Notes under the pieces: model-generated
Told to the model about the DNA's origin: nothing
Databases searched by the model: none
What the model saw: only the letters and a program-made list of their open reading frames with translations
Assembly: GCA_036510525.1 (NCBI GenBank)
Contig: DATCDU010000034.1
Span: 976-64,975 of the forward strand
DNA: 64,000 nt
Direction: 5' to 3'
Source of the DNA: Minisyncoccota bacterium
GTDB taxonomy: Bacteria; Patescibacteriota; Minisyncoccia; UBA6257; 2-01-FULL-56-20
Shown: positions 1 to 9,475 of the stretch, piece by piece
Position numbering within the stretch: position 1 is the first letter of the stretch
Layout of the letters: every line of letters starts with the position of its first letter
Made by a program: the position numbers and the translations under genes

Positions 1-479
1 GGCGCGTTCGGGCCGCCGATAGCGCTCGCGGTGGACGTTCCCGCCGCGCCCACGCCTGCTGGTGCTCCTGAAAAACACCAGATACCGAACGGCGAGCGTT
101 CGGTGACGGTGATCGTGACGGTATGCGAGAAATAATCCTTTGAAACGGTCGCGGTCGCGAGCTGCGGGATCATACGCAGATCGTTTTGCGGGATGACGTC
201 GGGCCAGAGCAGCATGTTGCCGAACGTGGCGGCGGCACCGAACAGATGGTGGCTCGGCATCGCGGCCGACTCGACGAGCGCGACAACATCCGCGCTCGCA
301 ACCGCGCTGTTGCCCTGCACCACAACACTATCCACGCGGAACACCGGCGAGTGGAAGATGAACCACTGCGTGACGAAGAATATCCCGTAGAGGACGATCA
401 GTCCGAGCGCGGTAAAGAGATACGCGCGGATGCGCTTGCGCCTCTTTTTGCGATCAGAAATGTACGGCGCGATCTGCAT
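1..479 (-). CDS. Cell-division protein FtsQ/DivIB-like (POTRA domain), N-terminal part; gene continues past the window start
   Basis: My own minus-strand translation from the ATG at 479 reads MQIAPYISDRKKRRKRIRAYLFTALGLIVLYGIFFVTQWFIFHSPVFRVDSVVVQGN... This gives a basic N-terminus, one TM helix, then a POTRA-like 'VRVDSVVVQGN' segment. It is not in the ORF track because it runs off the edge. Confidence 0.4.
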   Translation of the reverse strand, partial: MQIAPYISDRKKRRKRIRAYLFTALGLIVLYGIFFVTQWFIFHSPVFRVDSVVVQGNSAVASADVVALVESAAMPSHHLFGAAATFGNMLLWPDVIPQNDLRMIPQLATATVSKDYFSHTVTITVTERSPFGIWCFSGAPAGVGAAGTSTASAIGGPNA

Positions 480-501
480 GACTCAATGATACCACTCCGC
501 C

Positions 502-1779
502 CTACCCGATCACCTTTTTCCCCACGTACTTTTGCAACACCTCCGGCACTGCCACTTTCCCGTCTTTCGTCTGGTAATTTTCCAAAATAGCGATGAGGAT
601 GCGCGGACTCGGCAACGCCGTGTTGTTCAACATATAGACATATTTCTTCTCGCCCGTCTTCGCATCGGTATATTTGACGTTCAGGCGGCGCGATTGCCAG
701 TCGAGGAAATTGCTCGCTGAGCCGGTTTCGGCCCAGCGGTTCATCCCCGGAAGCCACGCCTCCGTGTCGTACTGTTTATACTTGCCCGCGCCGAGGTCGC
801 CGGTGCAAATGAGCAACCGCCGGTAGGGCAAACCGAGCTCCTCATGCATCTCGCCGGAGATCGCCACCATTTCGTCCTGCAATTTGTTCGCGGCCTCGAT
901 GTCCGCCTCCGCGAGCACCACCTGTTCCACCTTCATGAATTCGTGCACGCGGTACATGCCCTTCACATCCTTGCCGTAACTGCCGATCTCGCTGCGATAG
1001 CACTGGCTGTAGCCGGCATTTTTTATCGGGAGGTCTTCGCTCTTTAATACCTCATCCGAATAGTATGCGAGGAGTGACGGCTCGGATGTTCCGACCAAAA
1101 ATTTCTTTTCGGCACTCATCTTACCATCGACCTCTTTATCACTCGTCGCGATCTCATAGATCTCATCAACTTCCGGATCATACTCAGTGCCCTTGAAATA
1201 TCCCGTGCCGAAGAGCGCGAACTCCTTCACGAGCGTCGGCGGAATCATCGGCTTGAATCCCTTCTCCACCATATTATTGATCGCGTACATCATGATACCC
1301 ATCACGAGCAGCACTCCTTCGTTCTTTAAATAATATCCGCGGAAACCGCCAATTTTTGTGCCCTTTTCAAAATCCAAAATGTCGAGATCTTTGCCAAGCG
1401 CCATATGATCTTTCGGCGCAAAGTCGAATTTCTTGGGTTCGCCCCAATGAAACACTTCTTTGTTCTCACTCTCGTCTTTTCCCACCGGCACATCCGGCGA
1501 AATGATGTTCGGCACGCGCACCATCAGCTCATTGAACTGCTTCTCGAGTGGCTTCAATTTTTCTTCCTGCTCTTTGAATTGCTCTTTGAGCTCGGCGCCC
1601 GCTTCGCGGTCCTGCGTCTTCTTTTGCTCCGCGCGGAGCGCTTCGGAGGACGTCATCAACTCGCGTCGCTTCGCGTCAACATCCAAAAGCTCATCAATGA
1701 CCTTCGGGTCCAGGTTCTTTTTCTTCGCCGCGTCTTTTATTTCTGCCGCGTTCTCGCGGATGAACTTGATGTCGAGCAT
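502..1779 (-). CDS. serS: Seryl-tRNA synthetase
   Basis: 425 aa. The N-terminal coiled-coil arm (MLDIKFIRENAAEIKDAAKKK...) plus a class II core is the typical SerRS architecture. Confidence 0.9.
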   Translation of the reverse strand: MLDIKFIRENAAEIKDAAKKKNLDPKVIDELLDVDAKRRELMTSSEALRAEQKKTQDREAGAELKEQFKEQEEKLKPLEKQFNELMVRVPNIISPDVPVGKDESENKEVFHWGEPKKFDFAPKDHMALGKDLDILDFEKGTKIGGFRGYYLKNEGVLLVMGIMMYAINNMVEKGFKPMIPPTLVKEFALFGTGYFKGTEYDPEVDEIYEIATSDKEVDGKMSAEKKFLVGTSEPSLLAYYSDEVLKSEDLPIKNAGYSQCYRSEIGSYGKDVKGMYRVHEFMKVEQVVLAEADIEAANKLQDEMVAISGEMHEELGLPYRRLLICTGDLGAGKYKQYDTEAWLPGMNRWAETGSASNFLDWQSRRLNVKYTDAKTGEKKYVYMLNNTALPSPRILIAILENYQTKDGKVAVPEVLQKYVGKKVIG

Positions 1780-1838
1780 TACGCTTATTCTATCCCAAAG
1801 GCTGGAAAATTCAATGCTATTGGCCTATAATCGAATTT

Positions 1839-3599
1839 ATGGCCCACGACAACCCGCCGGAGCATCTCGACCAGATCCGGCACTCGCTCGCGCACTTGCT
1901 CGCGGCAGCGGTGCTGAAGGAATTCCCCGACGCCAAGCTCGGCATCGGGCCAACCGTCGAGAACGGGTTCTACTACGACTTCCTGCTCCCCCGCGCCGTG
2001 ACGCCCGACGACCTGAAGACGCTCGAGAAGACGATGCGTTCGCTCATCAACAAGAAGCTGCCGTTCACAGGCCGGGAAGTGTCGCCCGCAGAGGCAAAGA
2101 AGCTTTTTGCACATCAGCCGTTTAAGCTGGATTTAATAAATGAATTTGCGACCGATGGAAAGAAATTGACCGTCTACGAGACCGGCGACATCTTTATGGA
2201 CCTCTGCCGCGGCGGCCACGTGGAAAATACTTCCGAGATCCCCGCCGACGGCTTCAAGTTGGATAAGATCGCGGGCGCTTACTGGCGTGGCGACGAGAAG
2301 AACCAGCAGCTCCAGCGCATCTATGGCCTGGCGTTCGAAAGTAAGGAGAAGTTAAAAGATTATGAAAAAATGCTTGAGGAGGCTAAGAAGCGGGACCACA
2401 AGGTGCTCGGCCCCAAGCTCGATCTCTTTACCTTCTCCGAACTCGTCGGCCCGGGTCTTCCACTATGGACGCCGAAGGGCACGACGGTACGAAACTTACT
2501 TGACGATTTCGTCTGGTCGCTCCGTAAGAAGCGCGGATACCTCCAGGTGGACATCCCGCACATCACCAAAAAAGACCTCTACGAAAAGAGCGGCCACTGG
2601 GATAAATTCAAGGACGAGCTCTTTAAAATAGAAACGCGCGAAGGACATCTCTACGCGATGAAGCCGATGAACTGCCCGCACCACACGCAGATCTACGCGC
2701 GCAAGCAGTGGAGCTATCGCGAACTCCCCCAGCGCTACGCGAACACCACAAAAGTGTATCGCGACGAACAGTCGGGCGAACTCGCCGGGCTTTCGCGCGT
2801 GCTCGCGATCACCCAGGACGACGCGCACGTGTTCTGTCGCACTTCGCAGATCAAAGATGAGATATTCAAGATCTGGGATATCGTCACGGAATTCTACGGC
2901 GCGTTCGGCTTCGAACTTTCCATCCGCCTCTCGCTCCACGATCCCGCGCATCCGGAAAAGTATCTTGGCACGCCGGAGGTGTGGCGCAGCGCCGAAGACC
3001 ATTTGCGCCAGCTCGTGAAGGAGCACGGCGCGGAGGCGATTGAAGCACCCGGTGAAGCGGCGCTCTACGGCCCAAAGATCGACTTCATGGGAAAGGATGC
3101 GATCGGACGCTCGGTGCAGATCGCCACGATCCAGCTCGACATGAATCAGCCGGAGCGATTCGATCTTTTTTGCATAAATGAGAACGGCGAGCACGAACGG
3201 ATCGTGATGATCCACGCCGCAATCATGGGCTCCATTGAGCGATTCCTCTCGGTGATCATCGAGCACTTCGCGGGCGCGTTTCCCGTCTGGCTCGCGCCGG
3301 TGCAGGCGACGGTCATCCCGGTCGGCGAGAAATTTTCGGAGTACGGACACAGCGTGTATGCGGCGCTCGAAGCCGCGGGCATTCGCGTGGAATTTTCCGA
3401 GGCCGACGAATCGCTCGGTAAGCGCATCCGCGCGGCGGAGCTGATGAAGATCCCCTATCTGCTCGTCGTCGGAGAAAAAGAAGAGGCGAACAAGACGGTC
3501 AACGTACGCGATCGCAAAGGCGATGAAAAAGAGGTCTCGGTCAAAGATTTTGTGGAAAAAATTGGGGAAGAAATAAAAGAAAAGGCCCTGATGCAATAG
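1839..3599 (+). CDS. thrS: Threonyl-tRNA synthetase (N2 editing domain, catalytic domain and anticodon-binding domain; no N-terminal TGS domain)
   Basis: 586 aa. Starts at the IRHSLAHLL...GIGPTVENGFYYDF editing-domain motif (E. coli IRHSCAHLL...GPVIDNGFYYD). The DLCRGGHV zinc site and class II motifs are present. Confidence 0.9.
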   Translation: MAHDNPPEHLDQIRHSLAHLLAAAVLKEFPDAKLGIGPTVENGFYYDFLLPRAVTPDDLKTLEKTMRSLINKKLPFTGREVSPAEAKKLFAHQPFKLDLINEFATDGKKLTVYETGDIFMDLCRGGHVENTSEIPADGFKLDKIAGAYWRGDEKNQQLQRIYGLAFESKEKLKDYEKMLEEAKKRDHKVLGPKLDLFTFSELVGPGLPLWTPKGTTVRNLLDDFVWSLRKKRGYLQVDIPHITKKDLYEKSGHWDKFKDELFKIETREGHLYAMKPMNCPHHTQIYARKQWSYRELPQRYANTTKVYRDEQSGELAGLSRVLAITQDDAHVFCRTSQIKDEIFKIWDIVTEFYGAFGFELSIRLSLHDPAHPEKYLGTPEVWRSAEDHLRQLVKEHGAEAIEAPGEAALYGPKIDFMGKDAIGRSVQIATIQLDMNQPERFDLFCINENGEHERIVMIHAAIMGSIERFLSVIIEHFAGAFPVWLAPVQATVIPVGEKFSEYGHSVYAALEAAGIRVEFSEADESLGKRIRAAELMKIPYLLVVGEKEEANKTVNVRDRKGDEKEVSVKDFVEKIGEEIKEKALMQ

Positions 3600-3641
3600 A
3601 GATCGCACGAGCCTTTTTATGTCGCCTTCCTTGAAGATCCT

Positions 3642-3857
3642 TTAGCCTTTTGGTTCAGCCGCCATCCAGCGGGAATTCGGATTGGGCGGCAACCATCGAC
3701 GGCTGTCCACGATCAAGCCGATGATGATGAACACTATTAACGCAAGGATAAGCGCGGCGACAAGGACCAGCATAACGAATCCAAAGATCCAAGGCAGCCA
3801 GAGAAAGCACGGATGATGTTGAAACAGCTGGGACAGGTGTTGAGATAGCTCAATCAT
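3642..3857 (-). CDS. Small hypothetical membrane protein
   Basis: 71 aa ORF with one long hydrophobic helix (FVMLVLVAALILALIVFIIIGLIV) in the thrS-miaA intergenic region. No homology recognised. Confidence 0.25.
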   Translation of the reverse strand: MIELSQHLSQLFQHHPCFLWLPWIFGFVMLVLVAALILALIVFIIIGLIVDSRRWLPPNPNSRWMAAEPKG

Positions 3858-3888
3858 CTGGCACCTCCTGCTCTCAAGATACTATATA

Positions 3889-4803
3889 ATGGTTAAAATG
3901 TCAATTAACCCCCGCCTCATCGCCATCGTCGGCCCCACCGCAAGCGGCAAGACCACCCTCGCGATCGCGCTTGCCCAAAAATTCGGCGGCGAGATCGTCT
4001 CCGCTGACTCACGGCAGCTCTATCGCGGCATGGACATCGGCACCGCGAAGCCGAGCGAAGCCGAGTGTCGTGCGATCCCCCATCACCTTATCGATATAAA
4101 AGATCCCGACGAGGATTACGCCGTGGCGGAGTATCAGCACGATGCCGTTGCGGCTATCGACGACATCATCGCGCGCGGTAAGGTACCATTCCTCGTCGGT
4201 GGGACCGGTCTGTATGTGCGCGCGGTGGTGGAAAATCTTGATATTCCAAAAACGCCGGCCCACCCCGAGCTGCGCGCGGAAATAGAGCGGGACATCGCGC
4301 GGGAGGGACTCGATGCCACATTCAAACGATTGGTCGCGCTTGATCCGGATGCGGCGCAAGTGGTAGACCCGAAAAATCCCCGCCGTGTCGTGCGCGCGCT
4401 CGAGGTCGCGCTCGCAAGCGGCGCGCCGTTCACCGCTCAGCGCACCAAAAGCCCACCGCTCTTCAATACCCTCGTACTCGGCCTCAATCCCCCGCCCGGA
4501 ATTTTGCGCGAACGCATTGACCGGCGTGTAGACGAAATGTTCCACGCCGGATTCGTTGATGAAGTAAAAACGCTTATGAAAAAATATGGCTCCAGTGTGC
4601 CCGCGTTCAACGCGATCGGGTATCGGGAGATCATTGACCACCTGAACGGTGGACTATCCATCGAAGATGCCGCAGCGGCGATCAAACTGAACACGTGGCA
4701 CTACGCGAAGCGGCAGGTCACATGGTTCAAGAAATATAAGCCGACATACTGGGTGGCGAGCACTGAAGAAGCATCAACGCTGGTTAAAGATCTTCTAAAA
4801 TAA
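3889..4803 (+). CDS. miaA: tRNA dimethylallyltransferase
   Basis: 304 aa with P-loop IAIVGPTASGKTTLAIALA and SADSRQLYRGMDIGTAKP, the canonical MiaA N-terminus. Confidence 0.9.
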   Translation: MVKMSINPRLIAIVGPTASGKTTLAIALAQKFGGEIVSADSRQLYRGMDIGTAKPSEAECRAIPHHLIDIKDPDEDYAVAEYQHDAVAAIDDIIARGKVPFLVGGTGLYVRAVVENLDIPKTPAHPELRAEIERDIAREGLDATFKRLVALDPDAAQVVDPKNPRRVVRALEVALASGAPFTAQRTKSPPLFNTLVLGLNPPPGILRERIDRRVDEMFHAGFVDEVKTLMKKYGSSVPAFNAIGYREIIDHLNGGLSIEDAAAAIKLNTWHYAKRQVTWFKKYKPTYWVASTEEASTLVKDLLK

Positions 4804-5427
4804 AAACAGGCGACCGTCTGTAAAAGACGTCACCTGTGTAAATCGGCAAGGAGAGTAAAGCCATCGTCTACGATTGTGTGGCTGCCTCCAGTAAAGGAAC
4901 CGGAAATTGAGGTTCGGATTCCGTGGGAATCCACTTCAGAAGCTGGGTTGGAAGCAGCGGGAGCTCAAAGCTTCGATCGCACTCGCAGCGTCGGCCGGAG
5001 CCACCGTTCCCATCACGATGGAACCTTGCACCGCCGCACGGAGTGTGCCGTAGCGCAGGATACTCGATGCAGCTCCGCTTGTTGTGTCCGGGACACTTGA
5101 ATGTTTGACATATCCCAACACTAGAAATGCCGTCGAGTATACGGAGTGGTTGGTAACAGTACTGGCAGACATAATTCATGCCGCATTCCTCGGAAGACGG
5201 AAGAATATGTGGTTGCGAATGGTGCGAAGTATCCGCAGAGACGTGCATAGACAACCTCCTGGGTTTTCCCTTTGATTCCTAGACCGAACGAGTGGAGAAG
5301 ACCCCTTGAAAAACGAACGACTTCGTCCCTCCTTTCACAAAAGGCCATCTCCACATAAAAGAACTAAAAGACAAGCTGCTGATATATATTTTACGCAAAT
5401 TTAATAACCCGTCAAGAGTATGCCCAC

Positions 5428-6861
5428 CTACGCCAGGTTCTTCTCGAATATCTCCCGCAACATGTCCGGCCGTGCCCGGCCTTTGAGCTGGGCCATTGCC
5501 TTGCCGATGAGGAACTGTAAGCTCGCCGTCTTCCCTTTCTTGTAATCCGCGACCGCGGTGCCATGCTCGGCGATGACCGCGAGCACCACCGCCTCCACTT
5601 CATCCGCATCGCCGATGCCGATATTCTCACTCTTCATGATCTCCTCGGGATCGGCGCCGGTCTCGAACATCTTGGCGAGCATATCCTTCGCCTGCCGACT
5701 CGTGATCTTCTTCTGATCAATAAGCACCGCGAGTGCGGCAAGATGTTCCGGGCGCACTTTGACGTCCGCAAATACCAAGCCAGTTTCGTTCATCATCCCC
5801 CGCAGATCGCTCGTCAGATAATTGTAGACGGTGGCGATACTGCCATCCGGAATCTCCTCACGGAACTCCGACACCGCCTCCTCGAAATAATTTGCGAGCG
5901 CGATATCGCCCGCAAGCGCTTCAGCCGCCTTTGCATCCAACGCATATTCCTTTACGAACCGCGCGCGCTTTTCTGCGGGCAACTCCGGGATAGAATCCCG
6001 AAGCTCTTCCAGCCCGAGCACCGCCGTCTCGAACGGCGGGATGTCCGGCTCCGGAAAATAACGATAATCCTGCGCCTCCTCTTTTGACCGCTGCGCCACA
6101 CTCTTCTGTTTTGCGTCATCCCAGCCACGCGTCTCCTGATGGACCGTCTCGCCCTTATCCAAAATTTCCGTCTGGCGCTTGATCTCGTAGTTGATCGCCT
6201 GGAACACCGAGTTGAACGAATTCAAATTCTTTACCTCCGCGCGCGTGCCGAGCACCGCCGGGTCCGGCGAGATCGAGATGTTCGCGTCGGCGCGCATCTG
6301 GCCGCGCTCAAGGTCAGCGTCGGACACTCCGAGATAGCGCAGTACGAGCTGCAGCTCTTTCATAAATGCCACGGCGTCCTCCGCGGTGTGGATGTCCGGC
6401 TCGGTCACGAGTTCCATCAATGGCACGCTCGCGCGGTTATAGTCCACGAGCGTGCTGCTACTCCCATTGGCGCCCGCATCGTCATGCATCAGCTTGCCGG
6501 CGTCTTCCTCCAAATGGATATGATTGATCTTCACGCCCTTCAACGTTCCGCCCACCACGAGTGGCTGGCCGGATTGTGAAATTTGATATGCCTTCGGAAG
6601 GTCGGGATAGAAATAATTTTTGCGATCGAAGCGCGAGCGCGCATTCGCCGCCCCGCCGAGCGCGAGCCCCACTTTGACAACATGCTCAATGGCTTTGCGG
6701 TTCGGCACCGGCAATGTTCCCGGATGACCCATACAGACCGGGCATACATTCACGTTCGGGTGCTTCTCGTCCGGGTCGCTCAGCGAATCGCAGAACATCT
6801 TGGTCCGCGTCTTCAATTCCGCGTGCACCTCAAGACCGATGGTAGGATGATAATCGCTCAT
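5428..6861 (-). CDS. gatB: Asp/Glu-tRNA(Asn/Gln) amidotransferase subunit B
   Basis: 477 aa. The N-terminus MSDYHPTIGLEVHAELKTRTKMFC...CPVCMGHPGTLP is the GatB signature, and there is a C-terminal YqeY-like tail. Confidence 0.9.
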   Translation of the reverse strand: MSDYHPTIGLEVHAELKTRTKMFCDSLSDPDEKHPNVNVCPVCMGHPGTLPVPNRKAIEHVVKVGLALGGAANARSRFDRKNYFYPDLPKAYQISQSGQPLVVGGTLKGVKINHIHLEEDAGKLMHDDAGANGSSSTLVDYNRASVPLMELVTEPDIHTAEDAVAFMKELQLVLRYLGVSDADLERGQMRADANISISPDPAVLGTRAEVKNLNSFNSVFQAINYEIKRQTEILDKGETVHQETRGWDDAKQKSVAQRSKEEAQDYRYFPEPDIPPFETAVLGLEELRDSIPELPAEKRARFVKEYALDAKAAEALAGDIALANYFEEAVSEFREEIPDGSIATVYNYLTSDLRGMMNETGLVFADVKVRPEHLAALAVLIDQKKITSRQAKDMLAKMFETGADPEEIMKSENIGIGDADEVEAVVLAVIAEHGTAVADYKKGKTASLQFLIGKAMAQLKGRARPDMLREIFEKNLA

Positions 6862-6910
6862 AATGTATACTTATATTAGCCGAAAACGGCTCACATCTCA
6901 ACTATAATCA

Positions 6911-7459
6911 ATGATAATAACGATCGGCGGAAATCTCGGGGCGGGCAAGACCACGCTCGCAAATAATTTAGCGAACGAACTCCATTACGCCCAGCTCTAT
7001 GTCGGCGGCATTTTCCGCGACATGGCGGCCGAAAAGAACCTTACGATAGAACAGTTCTACGCGCAGCTTAAAGACGATCCAGCAGTGGAACAGGAAGTGG
7101 ACCAGCGCCAGGCGACGATGATGCGGGAGAAGGACGATCTCATCGTGCAGGGCCGCGTCGCGTGGTATTTTGCAAAGAGCAGCCCCTTCAAAGTCTTCAA
7201 TATCCTCCTTACCGTGAGTCCTGTTGTTGGAGCGGAAAGGGTGGGAGAGAAAAAAGAGAATGTCGGCAAGACCGCAGATGAGGTTACGATCGCCACCACC
7301 GAGCGGGAAAAAATGGAACGCGAGCGATACAAGATGCTCTATGCTATCGAAAACCATCTCGACCCCAAGCAATACGACTTCGTGCTCGACACCACGTCGC
7401 TCACCGAGCAGGAAGTGTTTGATAAAGTATTGTGGTTAGTAAAAGCGCGGCTTAGCTAG
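6911..7459 (+). CDS. Cytidylate kinase-like family P-loop kinase
   Basis: 182 aa. The P-loop IITIGGNLGAGKTTLANNLANEL and overall length fit the (d)CMP kinase-like / AAA-kinase family. Confidence 0.55.
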   Translation: MIITIGGNLGAGKTTLANNLANELHYAQLYVGGIFRDMAAEKNLTIEQFYAQLKDDPAVEQEVDQRQATMMREKDDLIVQGRVAWYFAKSSPFKVFNILLTVSPVVGAERVGEKKENVGKTADEVTIATTEREKMERERYKMLYAIENHLDPKQYDFVLDTTSLTEQEVFDKVLWLVKARLS

Positions 7460-7463
7460 ATCT

Positions 7464-8036
7464 TTATCCTTGGTGGCGCGTCATCTTTGCGATGTAACGA
7501 GCGATTTTTGCGTCGGGATCGATCCGCATAAAAAGCAGCGGGATGATCCCCAAGCGGATCCGCATCTCCGTGTGCCGGAATGATCTTCGCCATTGATCCA
7601 CTTCACTCGCCACGTTCGGATCATCCGCGCCGGCGGCAAGGTCTTCCGCGTAATATATGTGGGGATGAAAATCTGAGCGCGTGGCGATCAACTCCATTCG
7701 CTGCTTCTTGGCCTCGATGGCGATCACGGAGGCGTCATCGCCGGGATGTTCCTCGGACATATATTTTTTGAACACCTCAAACTCGCCGTCGGTGGTATCG
7801 GCGGATGGCCGTGAGACAATCGCCTCCGCAGGGATCCCCAGCGTTCGCAGGAACGCCGATGAAATTTCATTCTCCCAATATCCCCGGATCGCCGTGTTCA
7901 CCACGAGCAAAAATAGATCGGCCTTCTTTTTTCTGAAAAGCTCGCGTGCCGCATATCCGACCATCCTCATTTCGGGCGATGGAACATTGGGCTCCTCGTA
8001 ACGCATCGCCTGACTATGGATGAGACATATCTGCAT
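7464..8036 (-). CDS. Hypothetical protein, possibly DUF218/YdcF-like; start trimmed to an internal Met
   Basis: The ORF track starts at 8087, but the rplK terminator hairpin (8042-8068) lies inside that extension, so a downstream Met (8036 or 8006) is the likelier start. Weak resemblance to DUF218 (SADTTDGEF ~ S-x-NT-x-EN). Confidence 0.35.
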   Translation of the reverse strand: MQICLIHSQAMRYEEPNVPSPEMRMVGYAARELFRKKKADLFLLVVNTAIRGYWENEISSAFLRTLGIPAEAIVSRPSADTTDGEFEVFKKYMSEEHPGDDASVIAIEAKKQRMELIATRSDFHPHIYYAEDLAAGADDPNVASEVDQWRRSFRHTEMRIRLGIIPLLFMRIDPDAKIARYIAKMTRHQG

Positions 8037-8041
8037 TTTTT

Positions 8042-8068
8042 CAAAAGACCGGCGCGAGCCGGTCTTTT
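8042..8068. terminator. Rho-independent terminator hairpin after rplK (bidirectional shape)
   Basis: aaaagaccggcGCGAgccggtcttttt is a perfect 11-bp GC-rich stem flanked by A/T runs. Confidence 0.7.
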
Positions 8069-8076
8069 TATTATCG

Positions 8077-8502
8077 TTATCCCTCAATCGTGATCCCCAT
8101 ATTGCGAGCGGTGCCCGCGATGATCTTCTCCGCGGCTTCCAAGTTGTCGGTGTTCAGATCAGGAAGTTTGCGCTCGGCGATCTTCCGGATATCGGCTTTC
8201 GTCACCTTGCCCACTTTGCCCGTGAGCGGATTCGCAGCGCCCTTCTCGATGCCGGCGGCCTGCTTAAGCAACGCCGACGCCGGCGGCGTCTTCAGGATGA
8301 AACTGAACGTGCGGTCTTCGAAGATCGTGATCTCCGCCGGAACGACATCGCCCTTCATATCCTTTGTGGCCTCATTGAACTGCTTGCAGAAGTCCTGGAT
8401 GTTGATGCCCTGAGGACCGAGCGCGGTGCCGACCGGAGGCGCAGGATTGGCTCCGCCAGCGGGAAGCTGAAGTTTTAACACTGTCTTTACTTTCTTTGCC
8501 AT
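8077..8502 (-). CDS. rplK: 50S ribosomal protein L11
   Basis: 141 aa. [35 protein letters not shown] is the canonical uL11 N-terminus. Confidence 0.9.
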   Translation of the reverse strand: MAKKVKTVLKLQLPAGGANPAPPVGTALGPQGINIQDFCKQFNEATKDMKGDVVPAEITIFEDRTFSFILKTPPASALLKQAAGIEKGAANPLTGKVGKVTKADIRKIAERKLPDLNTDNLEAAEKIIAGTARNMGITIEG

Positions 8503-8546
8503 AGGGAATATAGTAGCCCGAAATAACTATTTAATCAAGTGGCGAA

Positions 8547-9038
8547 CTAGAACGGAATGTCCTCTGGCTTAATCTCGTCTTCTTCCAAATTGATCACCGG
8601 AATCTCGTCGAGTGACGGAACCGCATCGGAGTCACCGCCCTGCGCGGGCGAAGATGATACGCCCGAGCCGAAGCTCCGGCCACCACCCTGTCCTCCTCCA
8701 CCCGCGTTCGCGGCGCGCGGGCCAAGCTGCATGCGTTCTGCCATGATCTCCGTCGTCTTGCGCTGCTGACCCTGTTTGTCCGTCCAGCTGCGGGTCTGCA
8801 ATCGTCCTTCGATCAGCACCATCGCGCCCTTCGTAAGGTACTGCCCCGCGATCTCTGCGGTCCTGCCCCAGAGGACGACGTTGTGAAACTCGGCCTGTTC
8901 CTGCTTCTGGCCCTGTTTATCCGTCCACGTGCGGTTTGTGGCGACGCCAATCGTCGTGACCGACTGACCGCCCGGGGTAGACCGCACCTGCGGATCCGCC
9001 GTCACCCGTCCCACCAAGAGAACCTTATTTAAATCCAT
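8547..9038 (-). CDS. ssb: Single-stranded DNA-binding protein
   Basis: 163 aa with an OB fold (LNKVLLVGRVTADPQVR...WTDKQG), a Gly-rich linker and the acidic C-terminal tail ending DIPF. Confidence 0.9.
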   Translation of the reverse strand: MDLNKVLLVGRVTADPQVRSTPGGQSVTTIGVATNRTWTDKQGQKQEQAEFHNVVLWGRTAEIAGQYLTKGAMVLIEGRLQTRSWTDKQGQQRKTTEIMAERMQLGPRAANAGGGGQGGGRSFGSGVSSSPAQGGDSDAVPSLDEIPVINLEEDEIKPEDIPF

Positions 9039-9111
9039 GTTTTGTTATGGTGTTAATTTATTTACCCCTATACTAGCACATCGTACATTAAAACTCTCTT
9101 AAAGGAAATCA

Positions 9112-9220
9112 GGCGTAGGCATGCTATTTGAAAGGACGGCGTTCCGGTCTGCTGACCGGCCGCCTTGGCTCTCAGCGCCTTCGCGCTTCCGAGACACCTT
9201 TCAAATAGCATGCCTACGCC
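9112..9220. repeat. Perfect 24-bp inverted repeat enclosing a 61-nt GC-rich segment
   Basis: The left arm ggcgtaggcatgctatttgaaagg (9112-9135) is the exact reverse complement of 9197-9220. The enclosed segment contains sub-hairpins (ccggtc...gaccgg). Confidence 0.8.
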
Positions 9221-9286
9221 CTCATTTTGGCGATACGAGTTAACAGGGATTTAATCAGCCATGTGCTACGCTCCATCAGTCATTGG

Positions 9287-9361
9287 GGGCCGTTGGTGAA
9301 AGGGTATCACGGCCACCCTGACAGTTGGCAGTTCGGAGCTCGATTCTCCGGCGGTCCACCA
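9287..9361 (+). other. tRNA-like element with genomically encoded CCA (acceptor stem, D-like arm and canonical T-arm; aberrant anticodon arm); probable pseudo-tRNA or tRNA-like structure
   Basis: GGGCCGU...GUGA/UCAC...CGGAG-CUCGAUU-CUCCG-GCGGUCC-A-CCA. The acceptor stem pairs with two G-U wobbles and the T-arm is perfect. The putative anticodon hairpin is GCCA/UGGC with a 10-nt loop. The element is flanked by an imperfect ~33-nt inverted repeat (9296-9329 and 9406-9439). Confidence 0.3.
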
Positions 9362-9448
9362 TTGATACCGAATTGACATCCATAACAACGCGCGTATTAT
9401 GGATACTACAGCTGTCAGGGTGGCGCGGTGCCTTTCACCGTGTAATAA

Positions 9449-9475
9449 ATAAAAAGACCCAGTACTGGGTCTTTT
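9449..9475. terminator. Rho-independent terminator after rpsF
   Basis: aaaaagacccagtactgggtcttttta is a perfect stem with A and T tracts on both sides. Confidence 0.8.

Noticed and set aside
4868-5254. 128-aa Cys-rich minus-strand ORF, plus several overlapping 60-80-aa ORFs
   Set aside because: ORFs overlap in multiple frames on both strands, and there is no recognisable fold or motif. This pattern is typical of GC-balanced non-coding sequence. The region is treated instead as a candidate ncRNA gap.
9240-9450. tmRNA (ssrA), standard or circularly permuted, suggested by the T-arm plus templated CCA
   Set aside because: In a standard tmRNA ~250-300 nt (pseudoknots plus tag ORF) separate the 5' acceptor strand from the T-arm; here the complementary 5' strand is only ~60 nt upstream. 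In a permuted gene a GGACCGC-type 5' acceptor strand should follow the CCA within the region, and none is present before the rpsF terminator. No ...ALAA-stop tag-like reading frame was found.
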